The notes under the pieces are model-generated. The model saw only the letters and a program-made list of their open reading frames with translations. It searched no databases and was not told where the DNA came from. A DNA stretch of 64,000 nucleotides from Thalia democratica. Lineage: Eukaryota. Below, piece after piece: positions 26,893-38,834 of this stretch; position 1 is the first letter of the stretch; every line of letters begins with the position of its first letter. The stretch is taken from the NCBI GenBank assembly GCA_965202585.1, contig OZ241827.1:19902001-19966000 (forward strand), given 5' to 3'. Position numbers and translations under genes: made by a program.

Positions 26893-28808
26893 GTATGGAA
26901 AGTAGTTACCAAATTTTCCCTCGGTATACAAGGTAGTGTTAATTTTAAAGAAACAAAGAAACGAAAGTTTTTAAAAGAAAGTAACAAAAAATTTTTGTAG
27001 AGGTTTGTAAATTGAATTAAGCAAATTACTATAAAAGCATCTTAAAAATTTTAATATTGTATTTAAGATTTACTTATGCATTTTTTTAAATTGGTAGAAA
27101 AATTACCCAATGATAAGAATCGGTGTTTAGATGCATTACTTATTTGATATCAAACACATTTATAAATCGCAAAACCACACGATTTACAAAAACTTGTCTG
27201 ATTATTTTAAGAAGTTTGCCGTAAAGCTGCAACAAGTAGTTGAAAATTTAAAAAATGTTCTGTACCAACCTTGTGCAGCTGTTAATAAACTTTTCTTTTT
27301 GTAAAACTATGTGGATGCTGTATAAAAATATTATTTTAAAATATTTTGTCAATATTTTTACATGGCTTATTGTACCGCAAACTTCAAAAACATGAAAAAT
27401 TAAACGAAACATGGTAGATCTAAAAATAGCCAATCAACATACAGTTTGAAAAAAATACCTTGTTTTTGTAAAGTACTTGTTCCGATTTAATTTAATTTTT
27501 TGTCCTTCATGTTTGATACCAGTTTAAATTTAAAGTAAGCAAAGTTAGTAATGCTATTGTTCTACGAATGTTAAAGGTTGAATAAATAATTTGGCTTAAA
27601 CAAGTTATAAGACACAATATAGTTTAACAGTTTAACATAATTTTTACTAAAACAATCTCTATTAGTTATATATGACACTGCTAAATAATACCAAAGTTTA
27701 AGTTAAATGAAACTTAATAAATTTTTCTAAAAATTTAAAATTGTAATTTATATTTAGTTACAGCTATAGCTTAAACACAAATGTGTGACTAATAAATAAT
27801 CTAAACTAATGAATCGGCTGTATTTCTTTTTGCAAAAGTTACAACTAAATTATTGAAGAAAACACTTTTTTATAGTTTAGATTTATTTTATGATAAAAAA
27901 GTAATTATTTGGAAGTTTCACTGCTTTAAAGCTAAGAATAATATGGTAAGAATGATTTCCGAAATTTAAATCTAACATCGTTTTTAGAATTGAGGCAGTT
28001 CTAAACAAAAACAACTGAAATTTTTTGTTATGATAAGTTTTCCTAAGTTATAAGCTATTATTTAAATAACATTCTTATAAATTAAACAAAAGCACTTCAT
28101 ATTCACGATTTTTTGTTGAAAAAAACACAACAACACTCGATCAAATAAATCATAAATTACAAATCAGCTTATTTATACTTTATGGTTAGTTAAAATTTTT
28201 AAATAATAATTCACTATAATTTTCCACAAACTTTAATTTCTATGGAAAATACTTGACTCCTCAATTACTGTTAAAGTTTTTTTAGTCTTTTTTTTAAGGT
28301 CCAACTATGTTTTAAAGATTATCTTAATCAATTGAACGTTTGATCTTTGGAACAATATTCCTTATTTCTTGTAAATACTTCCGAAGTTTTTGTTAATTTT
28401 CAAAGAAAGTACACAATCATACAGTTCTTTAAATGTTTTAATGTTAAAATACAGAATTTTGAAAATTTTGTTTGTTTAATTTTTAACAAAAATTTAAATC
28501 TTTTACAAGTTAAAAGATTTGCCAAACACTCGAAATACTCAGGACACTCAGGATAACTTAGGATGTTTTGAAACTTTTAAAAATCTCAGGATAATTCAAA
28601 ACAACTCAGGATATTTTAGATTTGTTTTTTCAAACTCAAATCTTTCAAGATAGTTTTTTTTGATAAAAAAGTTTAAGACTTCTAAGAATCTCAATCGCAA
28701 TTTGCAATATTTTAAATGAGATTTAGTTGATTTGATTTCCATACTTGGTTCTCTTATAACCAATTTTGTTAAAAAATTTTATTTCTATTGATTCAAACAA
28801 AAATTTAA

Positions 28809-28916
28809 AAGGAAAAAAACGATTAATAAGAATGTAAATTACAACAAATTTAATTAAACTATAATAATTTAATTTAATTTGTTGTAATTCACATTCTTAT
28901 TAACTGTTTTTTTCCT
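28809..28916. repeat. Small AT-rich imperfect inverted repeat (~110 bp)
   Basis: GGAAAAAAACGATTAATAAGAATGTAAATTACAACAAATT pairs with AATTTGTTGTAATTCACATTCTTATTAACTGTTTTTTTCC. Confidence 0.7.
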
Positions 28917-29437
28917 CTTATCAATTTTTTATCTTGGAAACGGCCAAGGCAAATTATAGTGTAATATACATCATTTTGTTTTGGGGCCAAATCGTAAAAG
29001 ATATTAACATTATTTATAAAATAACTATTTAAGAGTTTAAATAACATGCAAACTAAGGGAAATCAAAAAAAAAATATTAAAAAAAAAAAATTATTTTTGG
29101 TTATAATGCAATTTGAATGAAAAAAAGAAAAAAAACCCTTTATTTTTGGAGGGACCCCATGAAATAATTCAAACCCTAAACCAAATTTTTTTTTTCTTAA
29201 ATTAAAGACAAAGGTGCGTTCTCTAAGATAAAAAAAAAATTTTTAGATAGCTTTTAAGATAAGGAAAATAATTGACATTAAAGTTTTATGTTTTTTGAAA
29301 AATTTATAAATTTGTCTATAAAATTAACTTTATGCTCGTTATAACTGTATAACTTATAAGTTAGTATAAAAAAAGCTAATCTTCAGGGTCATAATGTAAA
29401 ATGTATATAATACTACCTTTTTAGCTCTTGTTATAAA

Positions 29438-30108
29438 TAGTGATGTACCGGACTCACTATCCGGGTCCGGGTCCGGCCGGATATTGCCATTTTAGTCTGA
29501 TGTTCGGATCCGGCCGGATTTTAATTTGAAAAAAAAGTCCGGATCCAGGTCCGGCCGGATCCTAACAGAGATCCGGCCGGACCCGGACCTAGTTAGTAAA
29601 AAAGAGCATACTGAAAAGTATTTTTTTTAAATCAAACCCTGTGTAAATTAATAAGAGTCATTTTCGTCAGTTAAAACTAAACACCTACCGTGATCGGCTC
29701 ATTTTGTACACGTGACTAATTAACATTTGTTTACATTTAAACTATGAAATAAACATTTCAGAAATGCAACTTTTTACATATGTAATAAAATTGAAAACTT
29801 TGGAATGAATACTTGCATTATTTATTGTTTAAAGTTGAGCTCAGAGAATATTTAGAGTTAATACGGTTGAATGTACGAGCCAATGAGAATCATATGACGA
29901 AATGTTTCAAACTAAACACTGATGCAACAAAACATCAGAACATGACAGGCAGTTTATATGTAAGCAGATAGTTAGTTTGGTGTGCAGCTTGATGCAACAA
30001 AATATCTTGAATTTTTTTGTGAATGGTTATTGTAAGTTTTGTTTTGTTTTAATAGTGAATATTTCAACTGGTGTTTAATTGTTTAAATATTTAAGCCAGG
30101 TTTATAGT
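29438..30108 (+). mobile_element. Composite hAT MITE, copy C, truncated (left ~670 bp only)
   Basis: Starts TAGTGATGTACCGGACTCACTATCCGGG after GTTATAAA. Colinear with copy A until ...CCAGGTTTATAGTT. No matching right TIR or TSD found. Confidence 0.88.
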
Positions 30109-30236
30109 TATCAGAATAAAAAATATTTCTTTACTTAAAAAAAATTAGTTCATAATTCATTTGATAACATAAAATTACTACACTATCTTTTTCAAAAGTG
30201 TTATAACAATTTACAAACAGTATTAGATAAATAAAA

Positions 30237-30899
30237 ATGTCAAGCCTTGTCAATGCATTGGAAATCAGAAGGGGTACTAAAAACAGTGCTTGGTGGTTTT
30301 TACAAATCAAGTACTATACTGACAGTGGATTGGAGAACTTAAGCTTGCTAAATAACTCAAACAGAAATGAAGATGAAGCTTTGTCGGAACTATCAGACAG
30401 TTTTGCAACAGTAAACGACTCGGAATGCATAAGAAATTTAATCGTCGAGGGATTCAAAGAGTTGTAGCAAAAAAGCAAAGCCGGCCGTAAAACTGAATGC
30501 ATGAGTGTTTCCCTTCCTAGACATCAGTCATGCAAGTTCATAAATCCTTTTTACTCCTTCCTCGGAACGCTGGAGGAAGACCAAAGTTATCAGACTTCCT
30601 CTGAAATAAGGCATCAGTTGGAAAAACTGAACAAAAGTTGCGGCGCCATTAAGTTTTTTGAAAAGAACGAGTGTTCAGTGTGCCTCACGAATTACAATGA
30701 GATATTCGGTGACAACTTGCACGTTGTCGTTCCATATTGTGGACATCCGTTGTGCTGCCACTGTGCCGACAAAATTCTCATAGGTGAAAATGAAAAGTGT
30801 CCGCGTTGCCAAAAGAATGTTTCTATTAACTCTTTCAAGCTTATGAAGTTTAATTCTGAGTTAAAATTGGATAACAATGATGGCAAAGTTTACTTGTAA
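30237..30899 (+). pseudogene. Intronless RING-HC (C3HC4) E3-ligase-like frame with one in-frame TAG; pseudogene or readthrough gene
   Basis: ORFs 30237-30467 and 30501-30899 are in the same frame, separated only by TAG 30465-30467 and 11 sense codons. RING: CSVC-x18-CGHPLCCHC-x11-CPRC. AATAAA near 31027. Confidence 0.75.
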
Positions 30900-32169
30900 A
30901 TTTGTAAATTAGTGTTTTATATGTACATTAAATTTGTATTTTATTTGTATGTACATTAAAGCGATCTTGATTGTATTATGAACATACCTTATAGTTTACA
31001 AAATTAAATGATTGTGTTTTTTTATGAATAAAATTAGACTTAAAGAGATTAAAATACCAGTATGTATTGGATAATTTTTAAATTATAAAAACTTTTTAAG
31101 AAAATAAATATTTTTTTCATTAGACGTTTACATAGAAATAAGTATAATTTTTACAGATTGTTGATTAAAATAACTAAAATAACTATGTTAACAATGTTTA
31201 AGAGTAGGCTCACTATTAATAAACATTCCTGATATTTTTTTTTTATTTAAAGAAAAAATATTCGTATCTGGCTTAATCCTAATGTTATGGATAAGGTATA
31301 TCACTGCAAGGTGCTTTTAAAAAGGATGTAGGCATATTTGAGAGAAGTTTTTTTAATTTACATTATATACTACGAGAAAATTTTGAAAGTTATACTAAAC
31401 ACTTCGGAAAAACTTTAAAACTTACACTAGATTTTACGGGAAAAATTTGACTTACACTAGATATTCTTGAGTTGGTGACAAATAGAGAATAAAAAAAAAG
31501 TCTTATGGTAGTTTTTTGAGAAATTTTATTAAAGGGGACTATTGATTTTTTAATTTATTTAAAGGGGCCCTTTTAAAAAATAATTTGGGATACCCTGTAC
31601 TAGATATTAAGTTTTAGAACTTCATAGGATCCGTGTGGATCCTGATTTTAAAATAAAATTCGGATTTGAGTTTTAAAACAAGATCCAGATCTTGCCGGAT
31701 ACCAACTTATGAATCTGTTAGATCACTATAAAAAAGTTTTCTTACTTACACTTATTCAAAAAGTTTATAATTTGTATCGTTAATAGTTATTAGTACGTTT
31801 TAAGAGTGTATTAATAAATCATACTTTTTTCATTAAACTATTTATTAAGCAGTGCTATCAAATTTTTACTATTTTTCTTTAATATGCAAAACAAATACTA
31901 ATAGACTAATTAATGAAACAAAGTACTAATAAACTTAGGAAACAATCAGTATAAAACTAATCAATTAATAATAAAAACTTAAAAAGATAATTAGAACAAA
32001 AAAAACTATTTTTAAACGTTAAGTGTAATTTTATCTTCTTTGTCAGTTCCTAGTTGATAAGTTTTTGTTTGATTTTTTCAATCATAATTGCCTCTACTGC
32101 TAATAACGTACTTTAACTTTTACAAATTTTACTTACATAAAAACAATAAAAATATTATTGTAGTTTTGA

Positions 32170-32420
32170 CAAAATGTACATTGCTCAATATGTGAAAATA
32201 CTCTACTGCTTGTGGGCCTTCTTTAACTCTGACAAACAATTGTTGCTCCGTTTTTCTAATATATTGGGTATACAGGTCACCTGGACATTGAAACAACTTG
32301 TAAACGATTCAACTCTTGTAAAATTTGTCGATCCGATCTATCAATGAGAAATAGTTTCGAACTTTAGCCGTTCTGAAATACCTCTTTGTTTAAATTTAAC
32401 AGATAAAACCAAAGTCATGT
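32170..32420 (-). mobile_element. Degenerate Penelope-like GIY-YIG endonuclease fragment
   Basis: Frameshifted translation QCPGDLYTQYIRKTEQQLFVRVKEGPQAVEYFHILSNVHF resembles the PLE motif C-P-x-C...YIGKT-x-R-x-L-x-x-R-x-x-EH. Recognised by eye only. Confidence 0.45.
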
Positions 32421-33332
32421 AATATTTTATAAAATAAACAACCTAGTTAAAAAAATACTAGTTGTTTTGTAATGGGAAATTACCAGTCCCATGCTTGTGA
32501 AAAGCCTTTGTTTACCTCAGATTTAAATTATTATTTAAAAGATACAAAGGTTTTTACGCTTCAGTGCTTAATTTTAGTAATAATTATTAGCATTTTGAAA
32601 ACTTTGAATTGGTACCTTTCTTTAAAAAACTTATTCATATGCTTAACAATTAAATCTAAAACTACAACCTATTTAGAATTTAGGACTATACTTGATTTGA
32701 CTTTTGATTGAAAAACATTTTACACTATTAGGTTTTACATTCTGAGAATTTACTTCTAGCTCTCTAAACTACAACTGATTCTTTTGAACGGCTTATGCTA
32801 ATGTACAATTTTATTTTTAGAAAAATCATGATCCTAACTAATTCTAATTAATAAATGGTTGAAATATTTCTAATGATACTTTACACTTTTATAATAGTTT
32901 TTATCTCACCTTATTAAAATTGCAGTTCTTTGAATCAAAAAGGACTGACTGAGTCAGCCTATGCTACTGGCATCCAGTATTAAAAATTTACATTTTCAGT
33001 CAGTCAAGTTTAATAAAAAAGTTAGACTTATGAAAACAAATAATCAACATTATGGCTGTTTAGAATTGGTTATAAAATCAAGCATTCAGTAATACAGATA
33101 TTAATTTTTACTTAACTAAACACAACACAAAAAATAATTATAAATATCAAGTTTAATCAGCATCCGGGCAATAGATGATTTAGAATTTTTAAAAAAAGAG
33201 TTTTCTTTAATTCTAAATAAAAATTTTGATAAAGTCAACCATTAAATTTTCAACAGTTTACTTTTATTCAAAGTCAAATCCAACACATAATAACAATTAT
33301 CAAAATCATTGCAATTATCAAAATCAATCGGA

Positions 33333-36300
33333 TCAGCATTCTGGCAGCTGATGATATAGTTCGTTGTTGACCAGCTCGCTCGAAGTCGACATCATGATCG
33401 GTCTCCTGCTTCCATCGCTCGATGACGTCACAATCTGCCTCCTGTCGCTCTGTGACGTCACAACTCTCGAGTCCCTCGATGACGTCATGTGTCTCTTAAG
33501 TTCATTGATTTCAAGTCTTTACTTAGCCATTTGTAAAATTATATGCATTAAAACAGCGAATAAATTTAGACTCAAGTTCTAGATTAGTTGAACAGTTTTT
33601 GTTACATATTAAGTAAACTGACTTTCCTGACACTCAACATAATTCTGATAGTATTGTTTTTCAAAGCCTCCATCTTTTTGTGAACTAGTAGTTGCCAGTT
33701 GATTAGTCGAACTTTCAGGAACTTCTACTGGGCTGTGGGGTTGCTCTTCTACATAAAAAAACATTTTATTTTATTTTTTTTTGTTTTTACTGTTGTTGTT
33801 TATTGAGCAACTTTGGACTCGGGCACCGACCCCTGAGCCAATTAAATACAATAGACAAAAAAATCAAAGAGAGACTAATTCTAATTACCAAAACTAGTAG
33901 GTATTAAGAAATTAAAAATCTGAAACCTTTAAACTGTTTGTTTAAAAAGTCAAACTTGTCCTTGTTTTGCAGTCTACCACGGCGTACCACAGCATCATTC
34001 TCAACGACGAGGCGTTTATTGATATTTTCGGCGGCCACTGCTTGGACACCTCTACGTTACCCTCGGGACACAACCCGTTCACCCTGTTTCTACCTGACTC
34101 GTTCTTCAGGTAGATGCCGCACCAGGGCAGCTTGCCGTTTCTGTATTCTGGAGTGACGGTGCCGTGCGGGAGAAGTTCACCTAAAAGCTGCTTGTTTAGT
34201 TTAAAGTGTTTTTTACAAGTAAAGTAGTAAATTCTGCATATTATTTATACTGTTTCTGTTTGTACTGATAGTATTATTCTGTTTGTATATGTTTTGCTTT
34301 ACTTTTTGGTATTCTACAAAGACCAATTGTATTACCTATTTCAAACTGAAGTTGCTAACAGTTAAAAATTTGTTATAACATGTGTAGCTTAGAATTTAGG
34401 TTTAATTATTTTATTGAACTTATCTTTTAACTAACAAAATTATTCTAGCTTACGTCAAAAAGCCTTGCATTTAATTTCAAATCAAATTAACCTGAAGGCA
34501 TGGTGATAGCACCCCACTGTTTCACGTAAAGTTCGATGGAATAAATCCTTACTATGACGAACGCGTTGCTGCCTCTACTGGCCGTTCTCAGCACAGTAGT
34601 GCAGTTCACCCAATCCAAACCTTTTACTTTGTGAAAAATACTTCCGCTGTCAGGCAGTATTTCTATTGTTTGAAACTCCTCGCACGTGTGCGTTCCCACT
34701 AGTCCTTATGAATTCATTTTGCAAATAATTTGTTAGTGATTTTAAAAAATGTATAATTTTTATTTTTATAAATTTTTAAATTAATTAGTTTGTTTTTTAT
34801 ATGACTTTTCGGTAAACATATATGTTTAATAATAGAATAAACCTCTACTAAATATTTCTAAATATAACTTAAAACAGTTTTTTTAATTTTACATACTCAA
34901 CAACAGGGTTTCCCAAACTTTTTTGCGAATGGCCTCCTTTAAAGAAAACAAAAAAGCCATGGCCCCTTTTACAAGATTACTCATAAACTACCATTACAAC
35001 CATCTAAGACTTTTTTTTTGTTAGTCATATGCAACTCAAGAATATCTAGTGTAGTTTCAAATTATATCCTCATGGCCCCCTCTTACATCCTTGCTCCTCG
35101 TGGACCCCTGACTTTCTGAATTCCCAAGGGAGCCTATTTGCCCACTTTGGAAACCCTGCTCTAAAAGCTTATTAGTTTAATAAAATTACTCAAGGCTTGT
35201 CGTTGTTTAATGTTTTTTGCGTTATTTTCAGGTACTTTTGTATTATAATTAAATAAAACTTTAAACTATTTCATAATCAAAATATAGCTAATTAAGTCAA
35301 AAATAAATATAAAGTTGATATAATTTAACCAGCTGAAAAATAAACTAACCACTTGAAAAACAAAAGAAAACAAAAGTTTGCAGAGCTATAAATTTAAATT
35401 TCATCAGTGATCGCTGAGTGTTACACAACATCGTGTATCAAATGCTCATGTGAGCAAGTTCAAAAGTTAAAATACATTTTACTTTTCATTCGCTTTCAAT
35501 TACGTTCAATTCACACGTGTGCTCAGCATCCGGTGACTTATTTTGTTTCGGTCTCACAACTTGTTATGCTTTTAAATTTAAAATTTGTTCAGCTCTCACT
35601 ATAAAAAGTTAAGTGTGTAGATTTAAAACAGAAAGAATTACAAAACCGATATTTTTATAAATAGTTTTTCTCAAAACTTTTATTGACATATACAGCTTTA
35701 GCTTGAAAAAGTATTAGCCAAATTGTAATATAATTTTAGTAAAACCTATGCATACAGTAAAAGTTAAAAATTTTCGATCATAATCAAGTATCAAGAAAGT
35801 TAAATATGTTAAAAGCACTTTAACTTTTTATTTATTATTTAAACGGTTTAATATTTTATTCTACTACTATTAAAACTGTTGCATAGTAAGAAGCGCTTAC
35901 AAATCAGTAAAACATGTAACGTTTACAAATTTTAAACAAGAAATATAAAACTATACTAGTAAATTTCGAGTTAAAAGGCATTTTATCTATTTGCAGTGTT
36001 TTAAATAATATAAGGTTAATTAAAGTATAAATTACGAATATAATTATTTTCTACTTTATTGAAAATTACATTGTTAGCAGATTGTTGTTTTTGAAAATGT
36101 TTTGACACTGTTTAGTATATTCAAAAATTAAGCAATATATTAATTATTTTATATCACAGCTACAATCTTGTCGACAAAACTAATTACTTAATACTTAAAA
36201 AGATACAGATACACAACACTTAATATATATTATTATCTATACACTAGCTTTGAGGAGTCCTTTGATGATAAAAGAGATATTCAGCATTTCGTAGGTGTCT

Positions 36301-36744
36301 AAAAAAATTTAAGTACCATAAAGCAACATTTTACCTTGAATAGCTGTTTTAGCGTTTAATACGCGTTCTTCAGCAAGTATTTATTCATAAAAGTATATAT
36401 ACCTATAAGTTCGATAGAGAGTTATAGAACACTTTAAGAAAATAAAAACAAAAGTGTAATAGTTAAGTTAGATCAAATAAAATCTTTTTTTTTAAACATT
36501 GAAGGTAACCGTTGTAAAATATTAATAAGAAATGGAGTTAATACAGTAAAAGAAAATAACAACAGTTTTAATATTAAGACTAGTTTTAGAAAGCATGGTT
36601 TGTTAATAAACCTTTGTTTATCACTTTGCTAAAATATACTAATTTTTTTTTTATTGCACTAAACTACTCGTTAAACTTTGACTTAAAATAAACAGAAAAT
36701 GACTTACAAACCATTATTGAAAAAAAAATGTACTCATAAGTCAT
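33333..36744 (-). CDS. Putative secreted protein with a divergent CUB-like module and an S/T/R-rich tail; last junction unresolved
   Basis: Exons 36744-36708 (MTYEYIFFSIMV, donor GTAAGT), 34698-34492 (LGTHTCEEF...DWVNCTTVLR...), 34180-33956 (ELLPHG...LPWCGIY...GLCPEG...VVDCKTRT) and 33748-33623 join in phase 1. A GC-rich open frame at ~33515-33333 (NELKRHMTSSRDSRVVTSQ...HQLPEC*) looks like the terminal exon, but I found no clean in-phase acceptor. Confidence 0.6.
34904..35158. mobile_element. Charlie-type hAT MITE (255 bp), intronic
   Basis: TIRs CAGGGTTTCCCAAA...TTTGGAAACCCTG. Flanks CTCAACAA / CTCTAAAA (6/8). A similar right end lies near 53380-53390. Confidence 0.7.
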
Positions 36745-38834
36745 AAGCGCTTAAATTTGACTTCGTTTTCCGGAACGACTTAACTAAATTTGAAACAGAA
36801 CTAATCTTATTCTGATACGTTTTAGCAACAATAGAATAGTTATATAATTCTATTCTAACTAGTTCATACACTACCACGTTTTTGACTTAATTTAAATTAT
36901 TTTCTTAAGATTCTTATTTTCAATTAAAAAAATTACACAACACAGTTTTTTGTAAAAATTTTAGGCTAAAAGTTTTGTGAAAAACTTTAAAAAGTATACT
37001 TGTAAGTTTCAAAATGCTATAAGTCTAGTAAAAAAAAGTTTTAGTACTTTCTCTGTCTGCAAAAAGCGATCGTCATAAAATGTCACTTTACTTGAATAGA
37101 ATAACATAATTTGCAATAAGATATCATTTAGTCAGCACTACTTAGTATTGAAACTTAAATTAAGTACAAAATTTAAATATTTTGTCACAAAATAGCTCAT
37201 TTTATTTGTTTTACACAAGTATTTTTTAGGTAAAACATACTTTGCGGACTAGATAACTCTGTTTGTTAGCCGTTTGTTACCCTACCATATTCTACTGTTT
37301 AGACTTGTTAACTTCATTATGGTTGGTCAACTTAAAAATTCCCTATCTTAAAACTCTGAATATAACTTAAACCATGTAGCAAAATTACTTTCATAACAAC
37401 TTTAAAGCTAAGTTGAAACTTGTATTAATGTTAAAAACTGCAATTCAAAGTATTTTGAGAACATCTCAAAAAACAAATAAAACAAGCTTAAAGTCGTTTT
37501 CAGTTTATCAAAATAAAGTGATGGCAGGTATTTTTAATTATTGATATTTAAATAGATAAACTACTATTTACACTAAAAGTCTCTACTTTATTCAAGTTGT
37601 TAAGCTTTATAAACTTGTTTTCAGAATGCCATTGAAATGAAGTTTTTTGTTAAAAAGTTTTAGGGTGAAAAAAGACGCTTAAAATATTTGGTCTTAGGAC
37701 CTGGTGCACGAAGAACCTATTGTGAATTCATTTGTGTTTGATTTTTTCTCACAAAACTAACTGTATTTTATAAACTAGTTGAAATTTTGTAATATGTGAA
37801 TATGTTTTATAGTAAGTACTTGAGCTTTTAGTACTTGGTTTTAGTTTTTTATTTGTAAAACAATTAGTTTTGGCCCCCTTATGGCCTGAACATGAAAACC
37901 TCACTAGCTCTAAAATCTACTTCAAAGTTATACATAACTTTTTTTTTCTTTTTTTTTTTTATGGTAAAAAAACATCAGTCTCAAACTCAACCTATTGCAA
38001 CAATCAACGTTTTCTGGGGACTATTTACCTTATTATACCTTATTATTACTATTATATTATGCCTTGTTATTATACCTTATTATTACTTTAAAGATTTAGT
38101 AATTTAAGATAACTATTTTTTTATAATCTATTATAAAGTTTTATTAAGTTTCTTAAATAAAGCTATTATTTTCTTTAGTTTTTATATACTGAAATGAAGT
38201 ATGTTAAAATATAAGTTATTGAATATTTTGATTAAATTTTCTCAGTCTTAAATCAGTTTTATATTAACCATTTCCTGTTAACTTTTTTAATTTGTACACT
38301 TCACCTAACTACAATATATATTTTAAAATTTTGGCTGATTTAGTCTAGTATTATATTGATTTAAAAATAAAGTAATTTGATAACATTCCAAAAAATAATG
38401 TAAATGCATTGAGGTTCAGCTATAATTAGCTTGTAAGATTTTTTTAACTTTTTTTTTGAATTTATTGACCTTTTTACAAGAAGAATGCAATTAACTAGTT
38501 ATAAAAATGTAAACCCCAACCATAAAAAAACTATTGCAGTTATTTTAACTTTTCTATTTAATGTTTCATTTAAAGTTTGTTAAGTAAAATAATATTTTAT
38601 GTAAAATAAAATTAGTTTAAAACTTATCTTCTGATTTACTGAGATATTAACTTTCAGTACCTAACATATAAAATTTTAAAAGCTTATATTAATTTCAGGT
38701 TATTTATAAGTTTGAATAGTTTAAAAGGTAATGATTGATGTAAGAAGTTTAACTAATATTTTGGCAGTTTTTTACATATTTTTAACTACCATATATGTCT
38801 TAAGTCGTTTTAATTATACTTAGTTTTTTAACAG

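Noticed and set aside
31590-31728. Degenerate right-TIR-like end (GTTAGATCACTA) as the missing end of hAT copy C, which would make the RING frame transposon cargo
   Set aside because: It is far more diverged than copy C's left arm, and its flank TAAAAAAG does not match GTTATAAA, so there is no TSD. Probably an older independent relic.
33364-33582. Plus-strand ORF MLTSSLEVD...DDVT
   Set aside because: Antisense of the minus-strand MTSS/VTSS frame; it lacks a convincing start or splice context.
36240-36385. Two mini-exons (LAEERVLNAKTAIQ / DTYEMLNISFIIKGLLKASV*) on the minus strand
   Set aside because: Needs a 36-nt intron, has no clear upstream acceptor, and would terminate the CUB-like gene; unsupported.
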